From positions 81,222,001-81,286,000 of the forward strand of contig NC_045696.1 in assembly GCF_009834535.1 (NCBI RefSeq): a stretch of DNA of 64,000 nucleotides. Direction: 5' to 3'. The first letter of the stretch is position 1. Every line of letters begins with the position of its first letter. Positions 50,893 to 63,407 of the stretch are shown in pieces. The position numbers and the translations under genes were made by a program. This stretch comes from Camelus ferus (lineage: Eukaryota). The notes under the pieces were generated by a model that was not told the origin of the DNA, made no database searches, and was given only the letters and a program-made list of their open reading frames with translations.

Positions 50893-51379
50893 ACTTCCTC
50901 TTTTCTTTTGGAGGGTCTTTTTATACTTGAGGACATGATTGAGGCTTTGGGTCCTACTGGAACACAAATTTCATTTTTCAGTTTATAATCTGTTTTTGTT
51001 ATTGTTGGTGATTTCAGTAGAAAAAAAATTGCTTCATTGAAATGACTCAGCAACTGCAATCTGAAAAGATGTTTTTTCCTAATTTTTGTGGATAAAAAGT
51101 TTTAACTCTTTGTCTCCTTTAAAGTTGATTTTCCCCAATAACTTAATTTTTAGTCCTTGGTTGAATATGTATTTTAGATCCAAGTTAAGTAGATTCTATG
51201 ATTATATTGTTAATTTCTCCTATAAATGGAAATAAATTAAAATTAGGAATAGGATTGAATTTTCACTCCAAAATTCTCTTGTAATAATAAATCCTTCCTG
51301 TTGCCCTGTGAAACAAAGATGAATGGTTCATGTTTAATTCAGGTAAAGTAAAATATGAAAAGATTTGTTTAAAAAATTG

Positions 51380-52198
51380 TTTATACAAGTGGCCTCTAGG
51401 CACATGAACAGTTGCTTAACATCACTAATTATCCAAGAAATGCAAATCAAAACTACAATGACTTCACCTCGCCTCACACCAGTCAGAATGGCCATCATTA
51501 AAAAGTCCATAAACAGTAAATGCTGGAGAGGCTGTGGAGAAAAGAGAACCCCCTACACTGTTGGTGGGAAGGTAGTTTGATGCAGCTATTATGGAAAACA
51601 GTATAGAGATTCTTTAAAAAACTAAAAATAGACTGACTTATCCTATGATCCAACAATCCCACTCTTGGGCATATATCCAGAGAAAACTCTAATTCAAAAA
51701 TATACATTCACTGCAATATTCATAACAGCACTGTTTACAATAGCCAAGACATGGAAGCAACCTAAATGTCCATCGACAGATGACTGGATAAAGAAGTGGG
51801 ATGGATATATATATATATATAATCTCCACAAACACACAATGGAATACTACTCAGCCATAAAAAAGAATAAGTCAGTGCCATTTTTTGCAACACAGATGGA
51901 CCTAGAGATGATCATACTAAGTGAAGTAAGTCAAAAAGGGAAAGACAAATATCATATGATATCACTTATATGTGGAATGTAAAAAAATGACACAAATGAA
52001 CTTATTTACAAAACAGAAACAGACTCACAGGCATAGAAAACAAACTTATGGTTACCAAAGGGAAAAGGGGTCGGGATGGATAAATTGGGAGTTTGAGATT
52101 TGCAGATACTACTATATACAAAACAGATAAACAACAAGGTCCTACTGTATAGCACAGGGAACTATATGCAATAGATTGTGATTACCTATAATGAAAAA

Positions 52199-52253
<55 letters not shown>

Positions 52254-52278
52254 CACATACACACACACATACCTACAT

Positions 52279-52311
<33 letters not shown>

Positions 52312-52386
52312 AAATTGAATCACTATGCTGTTCAGTAGAAACTAACACAACATTGTAAATCAAATATATATCAATCAATAAATAAA
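51380..52386 (+). mobile_element. 5'-truncated LINE-1 3' end (cetartiodactyl-type 3' UTR), sense to TNIK
   Basis: ORF2 C-terminus remnants (EMQIKTTM...[54 protein letters not shown]) and UTR motif aaacaacaaggtcctactgtatagcacagggaactatat; ends aataaataaa. Confidence 0.95.
52200..52310. repeat. Compound (TA)n/(CA)n microsatellite inside the L1 3' UTR
   Basis: Long TA run, then mixed CA/TA repeats. Confidence 0.97.
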
Positions 52387-54199
52387 GTTTAAATTTTGAT
52401 GATGAGAATTTCCAATTTGGAGCTGGATGGCAGGAGTGGAATAGATGAGAAAGGGATCCTAGGTTTAGATCCTCATTGTGAGGTTTTGGCCTCGTCTCTA
52501 AAAGAAGGTGATTGGATTAGACACCTTAGAGGCTTTTCCTACTCAATTTATTTGTGACTTTATGAAGTTGCCTCTTTAATCACTGTCTTAACAATGACTG
52601 TGCCTCAGGTTTTTGGTGATCTTTAGGTCAGCTGATTGCTAGCCATTCCGTCAAAATCTGCCCTCATCTGGATCCTAATTTGGTTTGGCATTCTCCAGTG
52701 ATATAAAAGGCAACTCACGCTGGGCAGCCTCCTTTGCGGTCCTCCCCCATCAAAGGCTGACAGCTCAGCAGCCTTCCTGTTCCAGAACACAGGACGCCCT
52801 TGCCTGGGACTGAGCTGAGGCTGCTAATTGTTCCACCTCCAGGATCTCATTTAAGCCCAACTGCCATCCCCAAGGTGTATTATTCAGTCATCTGTCAGAC
52901 ACATTGAGAACCGTTACTTCAGGTTGGAAGTGAAATATAAATTGGAGAAGTAGGTTATTTTTTTTCCCAGTGTTGCCTTCAATGACATTATGGCAGTTAC
53001 TAAAACAAAAACAATCATCTACCTGAAGTTCACGAAAGTCACAGACATTTATATTTAATTCAAACCAAGAACTGCCCAGTGCCCAATGCCGTTTACATGT
53101 GAAATGTAAAGTGTATCCCTACATCCTATTCGCTCCCTGGCTGCTGATGGAAAGAACTAAGTATTGACATGTCCTTGTAACAAATTCTTCACTCAAAAAA
53201 GAGTCCTGTTGCTTAAGGAGTTAAAAATGTAGTGTAACATCTCTCAAACTGTGTGCTGGCAGAGGTGCCTCAGGGACTCCCACAGGGGAAGAGTGGGATT
53301 TGGGACGAGATTTGGCTGGTCAAGTCCCTGCCTGAGCCAGGAAGATTCTATTTAAGATTCTGGGTGGGAAAAGATTCTGCTGCACATGAAACCAGAGGGG
53401 AAGCATGAGAGAGAGGCAAGGAAAAACAGAGGGAAAGGGTGAGCCCTGGTCCTTTGGGCTCAATGCCACAGTAGAAACAAGGACATGCTCATTAGCAGCA
53501 CAGAGGCCAGGAGCGATTGACAGTGAGGCTTCACAGGAGGTGATGGTTGAGTTGAATCTAGAAAGTGAGTAAGTTTACTGCAGAGTCTGGCATGAAGGGC
53601 ATCCTTGGCCAAGAAAACACTATCAGAGAGGCAAGAAACAATACAATAGTTTTGGAGAACACAAACAGTTTAGTGTCAAGGACCACACGATAAGAGCAGG
53701 TTGGCCCCTACCAAGGTGGTGTGGCTCAGTTCTTAAAGGTCCCTGCAAGACATACCTAGGCGTTCCCCTTCCCTGGCTGCATGGCACCATTGAAGGAATT
53801 TCAGCGGTCATATCAGCTAGACCTTCTGTGTTTATCTGTGGTTCCCCTGCCCTCCTTCAGTGCTATAGCAGAGAAATGGCTAATGTTTAAGGTCTGGTTT
53901 GAGGCCCTTACTTTAAAGACTTTCTATTCCCAATGAGAAGTTTCTGATTCCTTTGTTAAGTCATCATTACAGCATCATACTCTTAATGGGACAGACAACC
54001 CTGGAGGTCATTCAGTGTTAATCAACAGAGGGTGCTGTTGCCACTTCTCCTTTGAGTGAGCTTGACCCAGGCTCTGCAGGAGGTTAGTATGGCTGGTCCC
54101 TGGGCACTAAATACCAACAGTACTACTCTCCCCACTCAGTCACTGTAAAAACTAATTTTCCTTGGGGTGGAAGGGGAGGTGTTAACAATGATATGTACT

Positions 54200-54350
54200 G
54201 CCCCCCACCTCCAACCATTGAGCTCAGTCTCCCCACATGTTGCAGATGGAGAAACTAGGGCCCTGATGGGTTACGTCATTTGCCCTCAATGAACCACCTG
54301 GTCAGGGGCAGACCCAGGCCTGTGGAACTCCAGTCCAGGGCTCTTTGTGT
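54200..54350 (-). mobile_element. MIR SINE fragment
   Basis: ttgcagatggagaaactagggccc...catttgccc...gacccaggcctgtggaactccagtccagggctcttt. Confidence 0.7.
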
Positions 54351-54744
54351 GGTAACACTTCAGCCCCATCCGTCAGTTTCTTGAAAGTTGAAATATGGAT
54401 GCAGGCTGTGCCTGGCCCCATATTGGATTACTGATTTAATGTCTTCTTTGTGCTCTTTCTTGAGTGAGGAGGAAAGAAAGGGAGCAGAATGGGAGTTGAA
54501 AGTGAAGGAAGCACTATTGGAATCAGAGTAGCTACACAGGGAAAGCTGAGCTATATGAGAAGGAAAGGGACCGGCAACAGCACCAAACCTGTCCTCTCTT
54601 CCCAGCTTCCAGGAGACATGCCTCCATCACCTACTGATGTTCATCCACAAACGTGTCACCTCATCTACAGGATCGGCCCCACTCCAGGCACTGGAAATAC
54701 GATGATGAGACATTTAAAATTAATCACAAGACAGACCCATGCAT

Positions 54745-54945
54745 AATTTTAGCCAGCATCTGCTGGTGCCTGTTCTGTGCCTGGTACTGTCAAGCTCTTT
54801 GTACACATTATCTCTTTTAATCCTCCCTGCAATACTGTGAGTTATATTATTATTATTATTGCCATTTTTCAGATGAGGAAACTGAGGCCTAGAAGATTAA
54901 GGGACTTGCCTAAAGTTATGCGGCTGGGATTTGAATCCAGCTGAT
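54745..54945 (-). mobile_element. MIR SINE
   Basis: ttctgtgcctggtactgt...tttaatcctcc...ccatttttcagatgaggaaactgaggcctagaagattaagggacttgcctaaagtt...gggatttgaatccag. Confidence 0.92.
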
Positions 54946-55790
54946 CTTGGAAGGTATATTGTACTGGCTGATAGCCATGGTAGGTATTTTAGAAGCCACA
55001 GATAAAATCCACTTAGAAGTGATGGGTACTGACCATCTTCACTATTCTCTGAGAGCCAGATGGATACTTGGTGTTTCTCAAGGAGCAGGTGCAGAGAAAT
55101 CTCTTCTGGGATTGCCCCCTCACCACACCCTGTTCCCTTCCGATTCCATGTGGTCAGGTGGTAGATGCTTCACTGTGGCTCCAAAGACCAGAGGGGAAGC
55201 AGTTATTTATGGGCAATACTATCTCTTTGGTCACAAATTTGGGTTGATTGCTATCTGTTTTATTTTAGGCCACCTGTTAAGATACAGGTAAATTAACAGT
55301 CTCAAGTGAATAGTAGCAAAATCATATCCAGTTGAGACTGTTACGATACGAGATATTTTAATAATCATGGAAATGAAAGTTTCCTTACATAGTGTTTCCC
55401 AACCAAGCAAATACTTGTGTCTCCTCCACTCAGATCTAGCTCCCCTTCCATAGAAATTCACCTCTCCCTCAAGCCCTTACCAAACACCTTGGAGAGGAAG
55501 TAGAACCAAATTAGTCAACAATTGTCTTTTTTATTTGACTTGACAACCACTATAAAAATAAACCCAAAAGACAAAGTGATGGAGATGCTTTACAAAATAA
55601 ACATTAGGGATTGATCTTCAAAGCATTTGAGATTTCTATGTGTGTATGTGTGTGCACTTGTGTGTGTGTCTGCCTTCCCCTTTGGTGCTCTGTAACATTA
55701 ATCTGCATAATTGTTCTTTACAGCTGGAATCTAATGCTAACATTGCTCATCAGAATTAAAGTCTTTAAATTTTTTTTTTTTTCTTTACAG

Positions 55791-55847
55791 GGTCGTCATG
55801 TCAAAACGGGCCAGCTTGCTGCCATTAAGGTTATGGATGTCACAGGG
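55791..55847 (+). CDS. TNIK: Internal coding exon (exon 3 equivalent) of TRAF2- and NCK-interacting kinase; kinase subdomain II including the invariant Lys
   Basis: Long T-tract plus ttctttacAG acceptor ending 55790 and GGG|GTAACG donor at 55848. 19 codons read GRHVKTGQLAAIKVMDVTG, matching the GCK-IV kinase N-lobe as I recall it; terminal VTG fits TNIK whereas MAP4K4 and MINK1 have VTE. The very long flanking introns also fit TNIK. Confidence 0.93.
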
Positions 55848-57094
55848 GTAACGTATCTTTATCTTGCCATCTCATAGCTATATATTTGTAATAGAGAAAT
55901 TAGTGATAGAGATAATAATCACTTTTTGGAAATAGAATCTTTTAAAACATCTGAGACCTTTCCCTACTTGTGCTTAACATACAAAGTTAAGAGTATTCAG
56001 CAGCTGACCGAGATGACCATGAGTAAATCCTTCTAATTAAATTAGATGCCTACGCTGCCTTATGTAGTCAAAGAGAAGAACAATGTGTGCCAATAATTTA
56101 CATAAACACAACCAAGGACATTTGCATATGAAGACAGAGTAGGATTTGAAGGTATTAAAAGAATAATACTGAGATTACACAGAAGAGGTGGGTCTTAACA
56201 GTTTTCCCCAAAGTCTACCTAACGCTGGAGTAGACAAGAGTTTGGATAGCTCTGAAACCCTAGTAGGATATGTAACATGAATGTTTTCCTCCCCAAAATA
56301 TTATCGACCAAATAATCACAATAACCACAAATATTTATTTATTAGTGAGCAACACTGAAACAAATTTTCTGCCTGGATGATCAAAAGCAATCTAAGGAAT
56401 AGAATTTATTTTAAATACAATCTTATGCTTTCAATCTTTTTTTGCCAGATTTGTTTAAAATATTATAATGTCTTTTCTAGAGTACAGAGCAAAAATCAGA
56501 CTTGAAAGGACTCACTGGACTTCAAAAACATGTTAATAATTTTCTATTGTCCTGGGGATTTTTCTAAGATGTCTGTCAGCTGTACATTAAAGCTAAAAGA
56601 CCAAAGTCTTCCATTTGGCCCAGAAGTGGATTACTTAATATAAAGAGAGGTAGAATGAATGGGTCACACAAAGGTATCAAGAACCAGGATGCAAATAGGG
56701 AAAACAGTATGTCATTAAGTCAGACTTCAATTTCACACCTTCTCTGGTCCAGTGATAAATATACACTACATGCTACACATTAACCATGATACTGATTTCA
56801 CTAATTTAATTCATACCACCATTGTACTGACTTCCTTTCCTTACTCATTGTTACTTATTATCTGAATTCCTCTTTAAATTATATGCATTTTAATTAGATG
56901 CATTTATTAACAAGTAAAAAATTTTATCCCCATGTGTTTATAAGCAACCACCCAGATAAAGTAAACCTTCCCTTTTTTGGCCCTAAATGCACTAGTCAAC
57001 TTTCAGAGGTTGCAAACCAGTTCAAATATTTAATCCCAGTTAGTTTATTAATTCCTCTGGCCTTTACTAAGTAAGAAAATGCACGTAGATTATA

Positions 57095-57604
57095 TTAATT
57101 AGGGTTAGGTTCTGCCACTTGCAAGAGAAAACTCAAAAGAACACAGGCTTAAGCACGATGAAAGCTTTACGCTCTCTCATGTTAGAGGAGTCTAGAGTAA
57201 CAGCCCAGGGGTGTATGGCAGCGTGTGGTGGAGCAGGAGGGTGTTTTTATCTTTCTGGTCCCTCATTCTACACAAGGCTTCCATACTTACAGTTTTTTGC
57301 ATGACTCAACGTGTTGAATTTCCATTGATCACATTCTTTAGCAGGTAAAAAAAAAAAAAAAAAGAAGAGGAGGAGAGTGGTTGGGAGAAGGGTACAGAAG
57401 ACAGTCCCTTCCAGTGAAATTTTTTCTGCTTATGTGCAGCATTTCTACGTCTGTTTTTATTGCCTATACCTACCTGCAAGGGAAGCTGGGGAGTGTAGTC
57501 TTTCATTCCACCAGGGTGTCCAGTTAATTTGGGTTCTATTATTAGTCAGGAATGAAGGGAGAATGGTAGTTACTTGTATTGTTAATCAGCAGGGGTCTGA
57601 CACA
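57095..57604 (-). mobile_element. MaLR (MLT1-type) LTR
   Basis: ttagggttaggttctgcc...acaggcttaagcacgatg...acctacctgcaagggaagctggggagtgtagtctt...gggttctatt...gaagggagaatgg...tctgacaca. Confidence 0.8.
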
Positions 57605-58977
57605 AAAGTGAAGACCAGATACTCTCAGTCTCTACACAGAAACCCACTAGAAGTGTGTAAATATTTTACAAAGCTCCCGCCACAAAACATATAAGAATGT
57701 ATTTTGCAAACTTGCTGAAGTCGTACTACAGTATTTCCCTTTGTTTGAATAGGATCTCCACATAATGCAATACACTTGGCAGTTGAGCAGCTAATGGATG
57801 TGGATGGAGGCCAAGACATTCATGCTGTAGATTTCTGTTGTGTGGTTCTGCAGAACTACAGTTGAGTTCCGCTGACATCATTAACCACAGTACATGAGTG
57901 TACACAGAGCTATGTACTGATACACAAAGTGTGACTTGAGAGCACGGAATATCACTTTTTTCCGGTTCTATTTGTGAGACTTCAAATTGCTCAGAAAACA
58001 TTTACTACTGCTAGACCACGTTGCTTGGAATCAAAAAAGTTACACAACAATTTATCTCAGAGTGTGTATTTTCAGTTTAAGGAGTGTCAGCCTTTCTAAG
58101 CTGGGTTTCACAAGGCAACTGAGTCCTACAGAAAATGACTTAGAGGCCATTTTCTTAGTTCTCCCAAGGATGATAGAGAGCTAGCACCATTTTCAGTGCA
58201 TAGGAGAGTCAGCCCATTGCATACAATGGATGCTTTATAGTATTTAGGCTTAATTCTCTTGGGGAACCTCTTTTGAAAGGGCTGGATAGTCCCTGATTCA
58301 GGCACATCATCGGCCATTGTATAACCACTGACCCTTAACAAAGACAGACAAGGATACACATCAGGAAATGGTTTTTTTTATTTCCCATGGTGTATGCTAC
58401 AGCATCAAATGACTTTTGTATCACCCCCTTACACATCACAGTCAACATAAGATTTCCTTTGTGAAACTCATGTGGTGTCCTCAGAAAACAATCTATTTCA
58501 TTTTGCCATGTTGTCTTTTGTGTATTATGGAATGCTGCAAAAGCTTCTTACCAATTATTATAATTGTGCTCATTATAGCTGCTCTGAGATGAATTCTCAA
58601 AGGTCGTCTTTGTTAATTGTTTGCAGTGATCTACTGCAAAGTTACTATAGTTTATTGTAATGAAATTGGTAAAGCTAGAAACTTGAAATCAATTTTTAAA
58701 TGATTATTTTTATTCAATACCATTTTCTTTTCTAATAGAGAATAGTCACAGAGAAAACTGGATGTCATGCTGATGTTCTTCAGTTTAAGAGCTGAGACAC
58801 TTCCAAATTTGCTAATATTTGCTTCGGAATTAGGGCTTAAACTCAGACTCAATCTTTGAAGTTCTTTCAGTTTCTGAAGTAATTATGAGAAGTCTGCATT
58901 TTTGTCACTTTCTGGGGGTCCCTTCCCAGCTGGATTTGTGTGCTCTAATCATGTAAACAAAACTGAGCCCTCCAGGG

Positions 58978-59150
58978 CAGTGTTCCTCGAAGTGGATGCC
59001 CAGCATATGTGGTCTGTGAGCACCCCTGGGCTGTTCATCAGAAATGCAGATTCCTGGGCTTGTGCGGAGTTTCTGTGTGGAGCCTCAGAACCTGCCTTTT
59101 CCACAAGCTCCTCAAGGGGCTTTGTGAACACCAGAGTCAGGGGAATACTT
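58978..59150. mobile_element. MER5A-like hAT-Charlie element
   Basis: cagtgttcctcgaagtg...agaaatgcagattcctgggc...agaacctgccttttccacaagctcctcaagggg. Confidence 0.8.
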
Positions 59151-59349
59151 TTCTAGTGTCTGGCATGTACTGCTTTCTGGCCACCATGAAGAGACTATGA
59201 TTCTCTGACATCCCTGCAAATAATTCCCATCTTCATTTGGACCAAAATTAATGGTGTAAACTAGTCCCTTTACAATGATACCCTGAAGCCCATATGGGAC
59301 TTAATAAGATAATAATTCAATATCATAGACTTTCACCTTTACAATGACT

Positions 59350-59800
59350 GGTTGTGATCACATTACTCAGGACCTTTTGAGTTGTGGTACCAAAGCCCCC
59401 CTCAGACTGAATGAAGCTGAAAATAGAATTTATTGTCTTATGTATATTAAAAAAAAAAAAAACCTCAGGATCTAGGAAGTGACATGATTGATTAGGAATT
59501 TTGTGTCTCTCCATCTCTGGGCTCTGCTTTCTTTCCACCAGCAGCTCCAGGCTCATATTCTCATTACTTCATTACCCTTAGACCCGGCAAGAGTGCAAAT
59601 CTGAATGTCTGGGGCCCTGCTTGGGTCATGCCACCATCCCAAAACCAATCCCTGTTTCTCTCCAGCCACATCTGGGTTGGGGTCTGACACTGGAACCTAC
59701 CACGAGGACTAAGAGTTGTTAAGGAGGCTTCCTCAAAGGAAAACCTGAGAGCCATTGGAGCAAAGGGTAGGAAGGATGCTGTGCAGGCAAAAACAAGAGA
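59350..59800 (-). mobile_element. MaLR (MLT1-type) LTR remnant
   Basis: tctccatctctgggctctgctttc...ccaccagcagctccaggctcata...gcttgggtcatgccaccatccc...aaccaatc...ggatgctgtgcaggcaaaaacaa. Confidence 0.75.
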
Positions 59801-59919
59801 ATTATATTACCATGATATCACATTATTTCAATGTTGTGGATGTATTTAAAACTGGTTTAGTCCTTACACACAGTGCCTCTCTAGTTACTATTTTTTTGTA
59901 TTTCGGCCCAAAATAGTAA

Positions 59920-60110
59920 TAATGGTAGCTAACACTGATGGAGTGATTATCATGTGCCAGAACTCTTCAAAACACTTTCTCTGTATTGATTCATTGAATG
60001 CCCTCAACAACCACCAGACTCCATTGTAGTGATGAGAGAAGCAGGCATACGAAGTATCTTGCTCAATGTAACATGTAAATAGTGGAATGAATATTTCAGC
60101 CTGAGTATTT
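59920..60110 (-). mobile_element. MIR SINE
   Basis: agctaacactgatggagtgattatcatgtgccag...tcattgaatgccctcaacaacc. Confidence 0.7.
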
Positions 60111-61204
60111 TAAGTCCACCCTATTACATCATCATAGATCTTCAATTAATATAGAAGGCTATTTACTGTTTAATTTAATGTGGTTTTTAAAATTAACTGT
60201 TATTTATTTGATAACCATTTTCTAAACACCTACTTTATGACAGACTGGAAATTCAAGGATGAAAAAGTGGTCCTTTGCCTGAAGGGGAACTCGTAATAAT
60301 ATAACCTTGCCCTAAATATTCATAAGTAAAGGTAATCCATGTTATAATAAAGTCATAAAACTCATAAATAAAATTACTTGTGAAGTTCAAGGTGACAGCG
60401 AGGGGTAGTCAGTAAGCCCAGGAGGACAATCAGACTAGGGGTGTTCCCGGCCAAGGAAACAGCCTGTGGCAAGGCATGGAGGCTGCAAGAGCGTGGAACA
60501 CGTCCTGGAAATGATCACACAGTTTACTTTTAGGATTAAAAAAATGTGGAGAAGAGAGTGATACAAGATAAATCTGGACAAGTTAGGGCCAGGTCATGAA
60601 GAAACTGAACGCTGTGGCAAGGGCTTTACGAGGTTTTCGAACTTTTTAATTTTCCCAGAAGAGCCCTTAGATCAAATAGTCTTAGGCAAAAATCCAATAC
60701 ATAGAAGAGATAAAAGGAGGGGGATTGTTTTTCACAAGGGGTGGAAGGCTGGACGTCCTGGCCCCTTCCCCACACCACTGCTAGAGCCAGTGTGGGAGCC
60801 AGAAGTTAAACAGCAAAGGGATATGATGAGATTTGCCTACTAGGAGGATCCATTTTGAGCCCTGCTGGACTGAGTTTCTATTTCTGTCTTACTGAATTCC
60901 TGCAGGTGAAGCTTACGACCAGCCTGCATCTCCCTTTGAAGAATGAGGAAGTGGCCTTTGCCCAGTAGCTTCTGGTAGAGTGCTTTGCCCATAGTTAATG
61001 GGCTTATTGAATGTTGCTGAAACGGGACCAAAAAAAAAAAGAAAAAGAATCTTTTCATCTTGGGTTATTTGGAAGAATCAGGGGGACACACTGCTCCAGG
61101 CACATTCAGTTCCTCCCTCCCAAAGGGAGGCAGTTCAGTGGAGTGATTGGGAGCCCAGAATGTAATATTAATAGTAACAGCAACAACAGAGCCATGGTCC
61201 AAAA

Positions 61205-61430
61205 TAAAAATTGCTAACGTTGATTGAGTGCTAATTATGTGCCAAGCAGTGTTCCTAGGACTTAATACAACATATATTAACTCATTTCATCCTTGAGAAA
61301 ACTCTCATTAGGGGAACTGCTAATATATCCATTTTACAAATGAGGAATTAATTGAAAGCACAAAAATCCTTAATCACTTGCCCAAGCTCAGAAATGGCAG
61401 AGTTGGAATTCAGATCCAGTGGTCAGAGTG
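61205..61430 (-). mobile_element. MIR SINE
   Basis: gctaacgttgattgagtgctaattatgtgccaagc...ccattttacaaatgaggaa...cacttgcccaag...atggcagagttggaattcagatccag. Confidence 0.88.
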
Positions 61431-61539
61431 TGCCCACCTTCCCCACAGCCCTGTTATAAGAATGAGAGATGGGGTGCCAAATGAATGACAAGACTCCTAG
61501 GGTTAAAACTTATTTTTTCAATTCATAGTTCTCTTGGGA

Positions 61540-61735
61540 GCATGGCCTTCAGATTCAGATAGAGCTGGATTCACACTCCACTCTGCTCTTTCCTGACGTT
61601 GGGCAAATTTTTAAACTTTTCTGAGTCTCACTTCTCTTACCTGTTAGGTGGGAATACAAACATTGCAAACTTGTTTTGAGACTAAAATTATATAATACCT
61701 AGTGCCTGGCACATAACAGTTCCTCAATAAATACT
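61540..61735 (+). mobile_element. MIR SINE
   Basis: ggattcacactccactctgc...ttgggcaaatttttaaactttt ctgagtctcacttctc...cctagtgcctggcacataacag...ctcaataaata. Confidence 0.75.
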
Positions 61736-63095
61736 AGTCCTGGTAAGAGACAGTGAAGGGCGGAATGGGGCAGGCAGCATGACTGAAGAGGGTGTTACAG
61801 TGCGCATTGGACTTGTGTAGCTGTACAGGGGGATGGGAGCCTGTCCAAGAACGACGTGCCACGCATGCTGTAGTTACCATGTGTGGGTTAGTTCATTGTT
61901 AATATGGTCAGTCGTCTGACTCAGCCCTGTCTTCAGCACCTCAGCTACAAAGTTACTAGTCTTACTGAACCATAGGCAGCTGTCAGAATGACCTAATGTT
62001 GAGCAGGATCTAGGAGAGAAAGCGAGGCTAGATTCCAGAAGCTGGAGGATGAAATCACAGTAGTGCATGCATTCATTCACTTAAGAATGAATGAGTGTGC
62101 TATGCTCTGGGGCGAGAGCAGTGAATAAGGCAGACACGGGCACTATCTTCTGTAATCTTACCTTCCAGCACTGAGTGAAAGACATTTGACAAACAGTTGA
62201 ACAGTTATTTGATCAGAGTTCTGATTAACTGATTAACTTTCACAGAGTGTATGGAGTGTATTAAGAGAGAATTTAAGAAGGAATCTGACCTGTCTGGGTG
62301 GCCAGTACGTTCCCTGATAAAGTGACAACTACGTGAGGTCAGAGGATGGGTAGATTAGTGGCATTGGTAGGGCTGACTTCCTCATCAATATGTTGGCTTT
62401 CTTAATGACTCAAAGCTCACCTTTTGTTTTCCCTTTGTGGAAAGTCTTCTCTCTCTCATTAAAGCCTTCTGACTTTAATGAGCCCAGAACAGGAACCGGG
62501 CATTAGCCGTCTTGGCACCTCCTGCAGAGCGTGCTGACCTAGGGCCTGGCACGTAGCAGATGCTATGCAAAATGGTATTATATTTGTAAAAGCAAGAGGC
62601 CAGAGAAAATAAAATGAATTGAAAGACGGATAAAGGAAAAACAAATTCAAATTACAAGCCACAGCAACTTTGATAGTTATTTTTTTCTGGTAACCAAAGC
62701 TAAAAGGGAAGACATTATCATTTATACTGTTAATAGGATCAGAAAAGCAGACCCATTCCCATTCCTGTGGGCTGAATTGTAGGTGGAGGAGTCTTGAGGA
62801 TTTGTGATGGATTTTGGCCAAATGAATGACAACACTTCTAGGGTTAAAACTTTTTGTGCATATTGTTATTATTATGGTGTCTCTTGCAGACATTTTTTAT
62901 TTTTCACTCCATGGCACCAACGATTCCCATAGGAGACAATATGCCAATACCTCATCCAGCTAAGGGGCCTAGACAATCACTCCTTCTCTGCCAGGAAACC
63001 AATCCCTCCTCAGTCACATTACATTATATGTTTTCTTCTTAACTGGGTAACTCCCATATGGTCTGCATCAAGGTCTTCATAAAGACTTACAGGTC

Positions 63096-63200
63096 ATTTT
63101 TATTTTAGTTTTTATCCCCCTTAACGGAGGCACTGGGGATTGAACCCAGGACCTCATGCATGCCGAACACGGGCTCTACCACTGAGCTATACCCTGCCCC
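63096..63200 (-). mobile_element. Vic-1-type tRNA-derived SINE
   Basis: ggaggcactggggattgaacccaggacctcatgcatgcc...gctctaccactgagctataccc; A and B boxes on the minus strand. Confidence 0.9.
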
Positions 63201-63407
63201 ACCACATGGCCTTTAAAATTCAGCTCACACTTGAATGTCTCAGCTGTCTTCCCTGGTGCCTCCATTAGGTTAGCTACCTATATCTCTCACGTTAGTAATT
63301 TTGCATGTTATTTGTGTCATTCTTTGATTTTCATTTGTGTTCCCCACTAGATTATAGTAAGTTTCATGGTGGGAGAGCTTGACTCTGTTATGTCCATTGT
63401 TGCATTA

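Larger units (their letters stand above)
1..55790 (+). other. TNIK: Long intron upstream of the TNIK exon (5' end outside the window)
   Basis: No upstream exon (the expected GNGTYGQVYK glycine-loop exon) recognised; repeat-rich non-coding sequence ending in a canonical acceptor. Confidence 0.85.

Noticed and set aside
54022..54040. CTCF-like motif tcaacagagggtgctg
   Set aside because: Several mismatches to the core consensus; cannot be supported without a PWM score or ChIP data.
55791..55847. Assignment to MAP4K4 or MINK1, or to a processed pseudogene
   Set aside because: The peptide ends VTG rather than VTE as I recall for the paralogues, and intact splice sites with no adjoining exon sequence exclude a retrocopy.
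63125..63200. tRNA gene (also at 30890-30962 and 50815-50892)
   Set aside because: A and B boxes are present, but the copies are diverged, have A-rich tails and share SINE family sequence.
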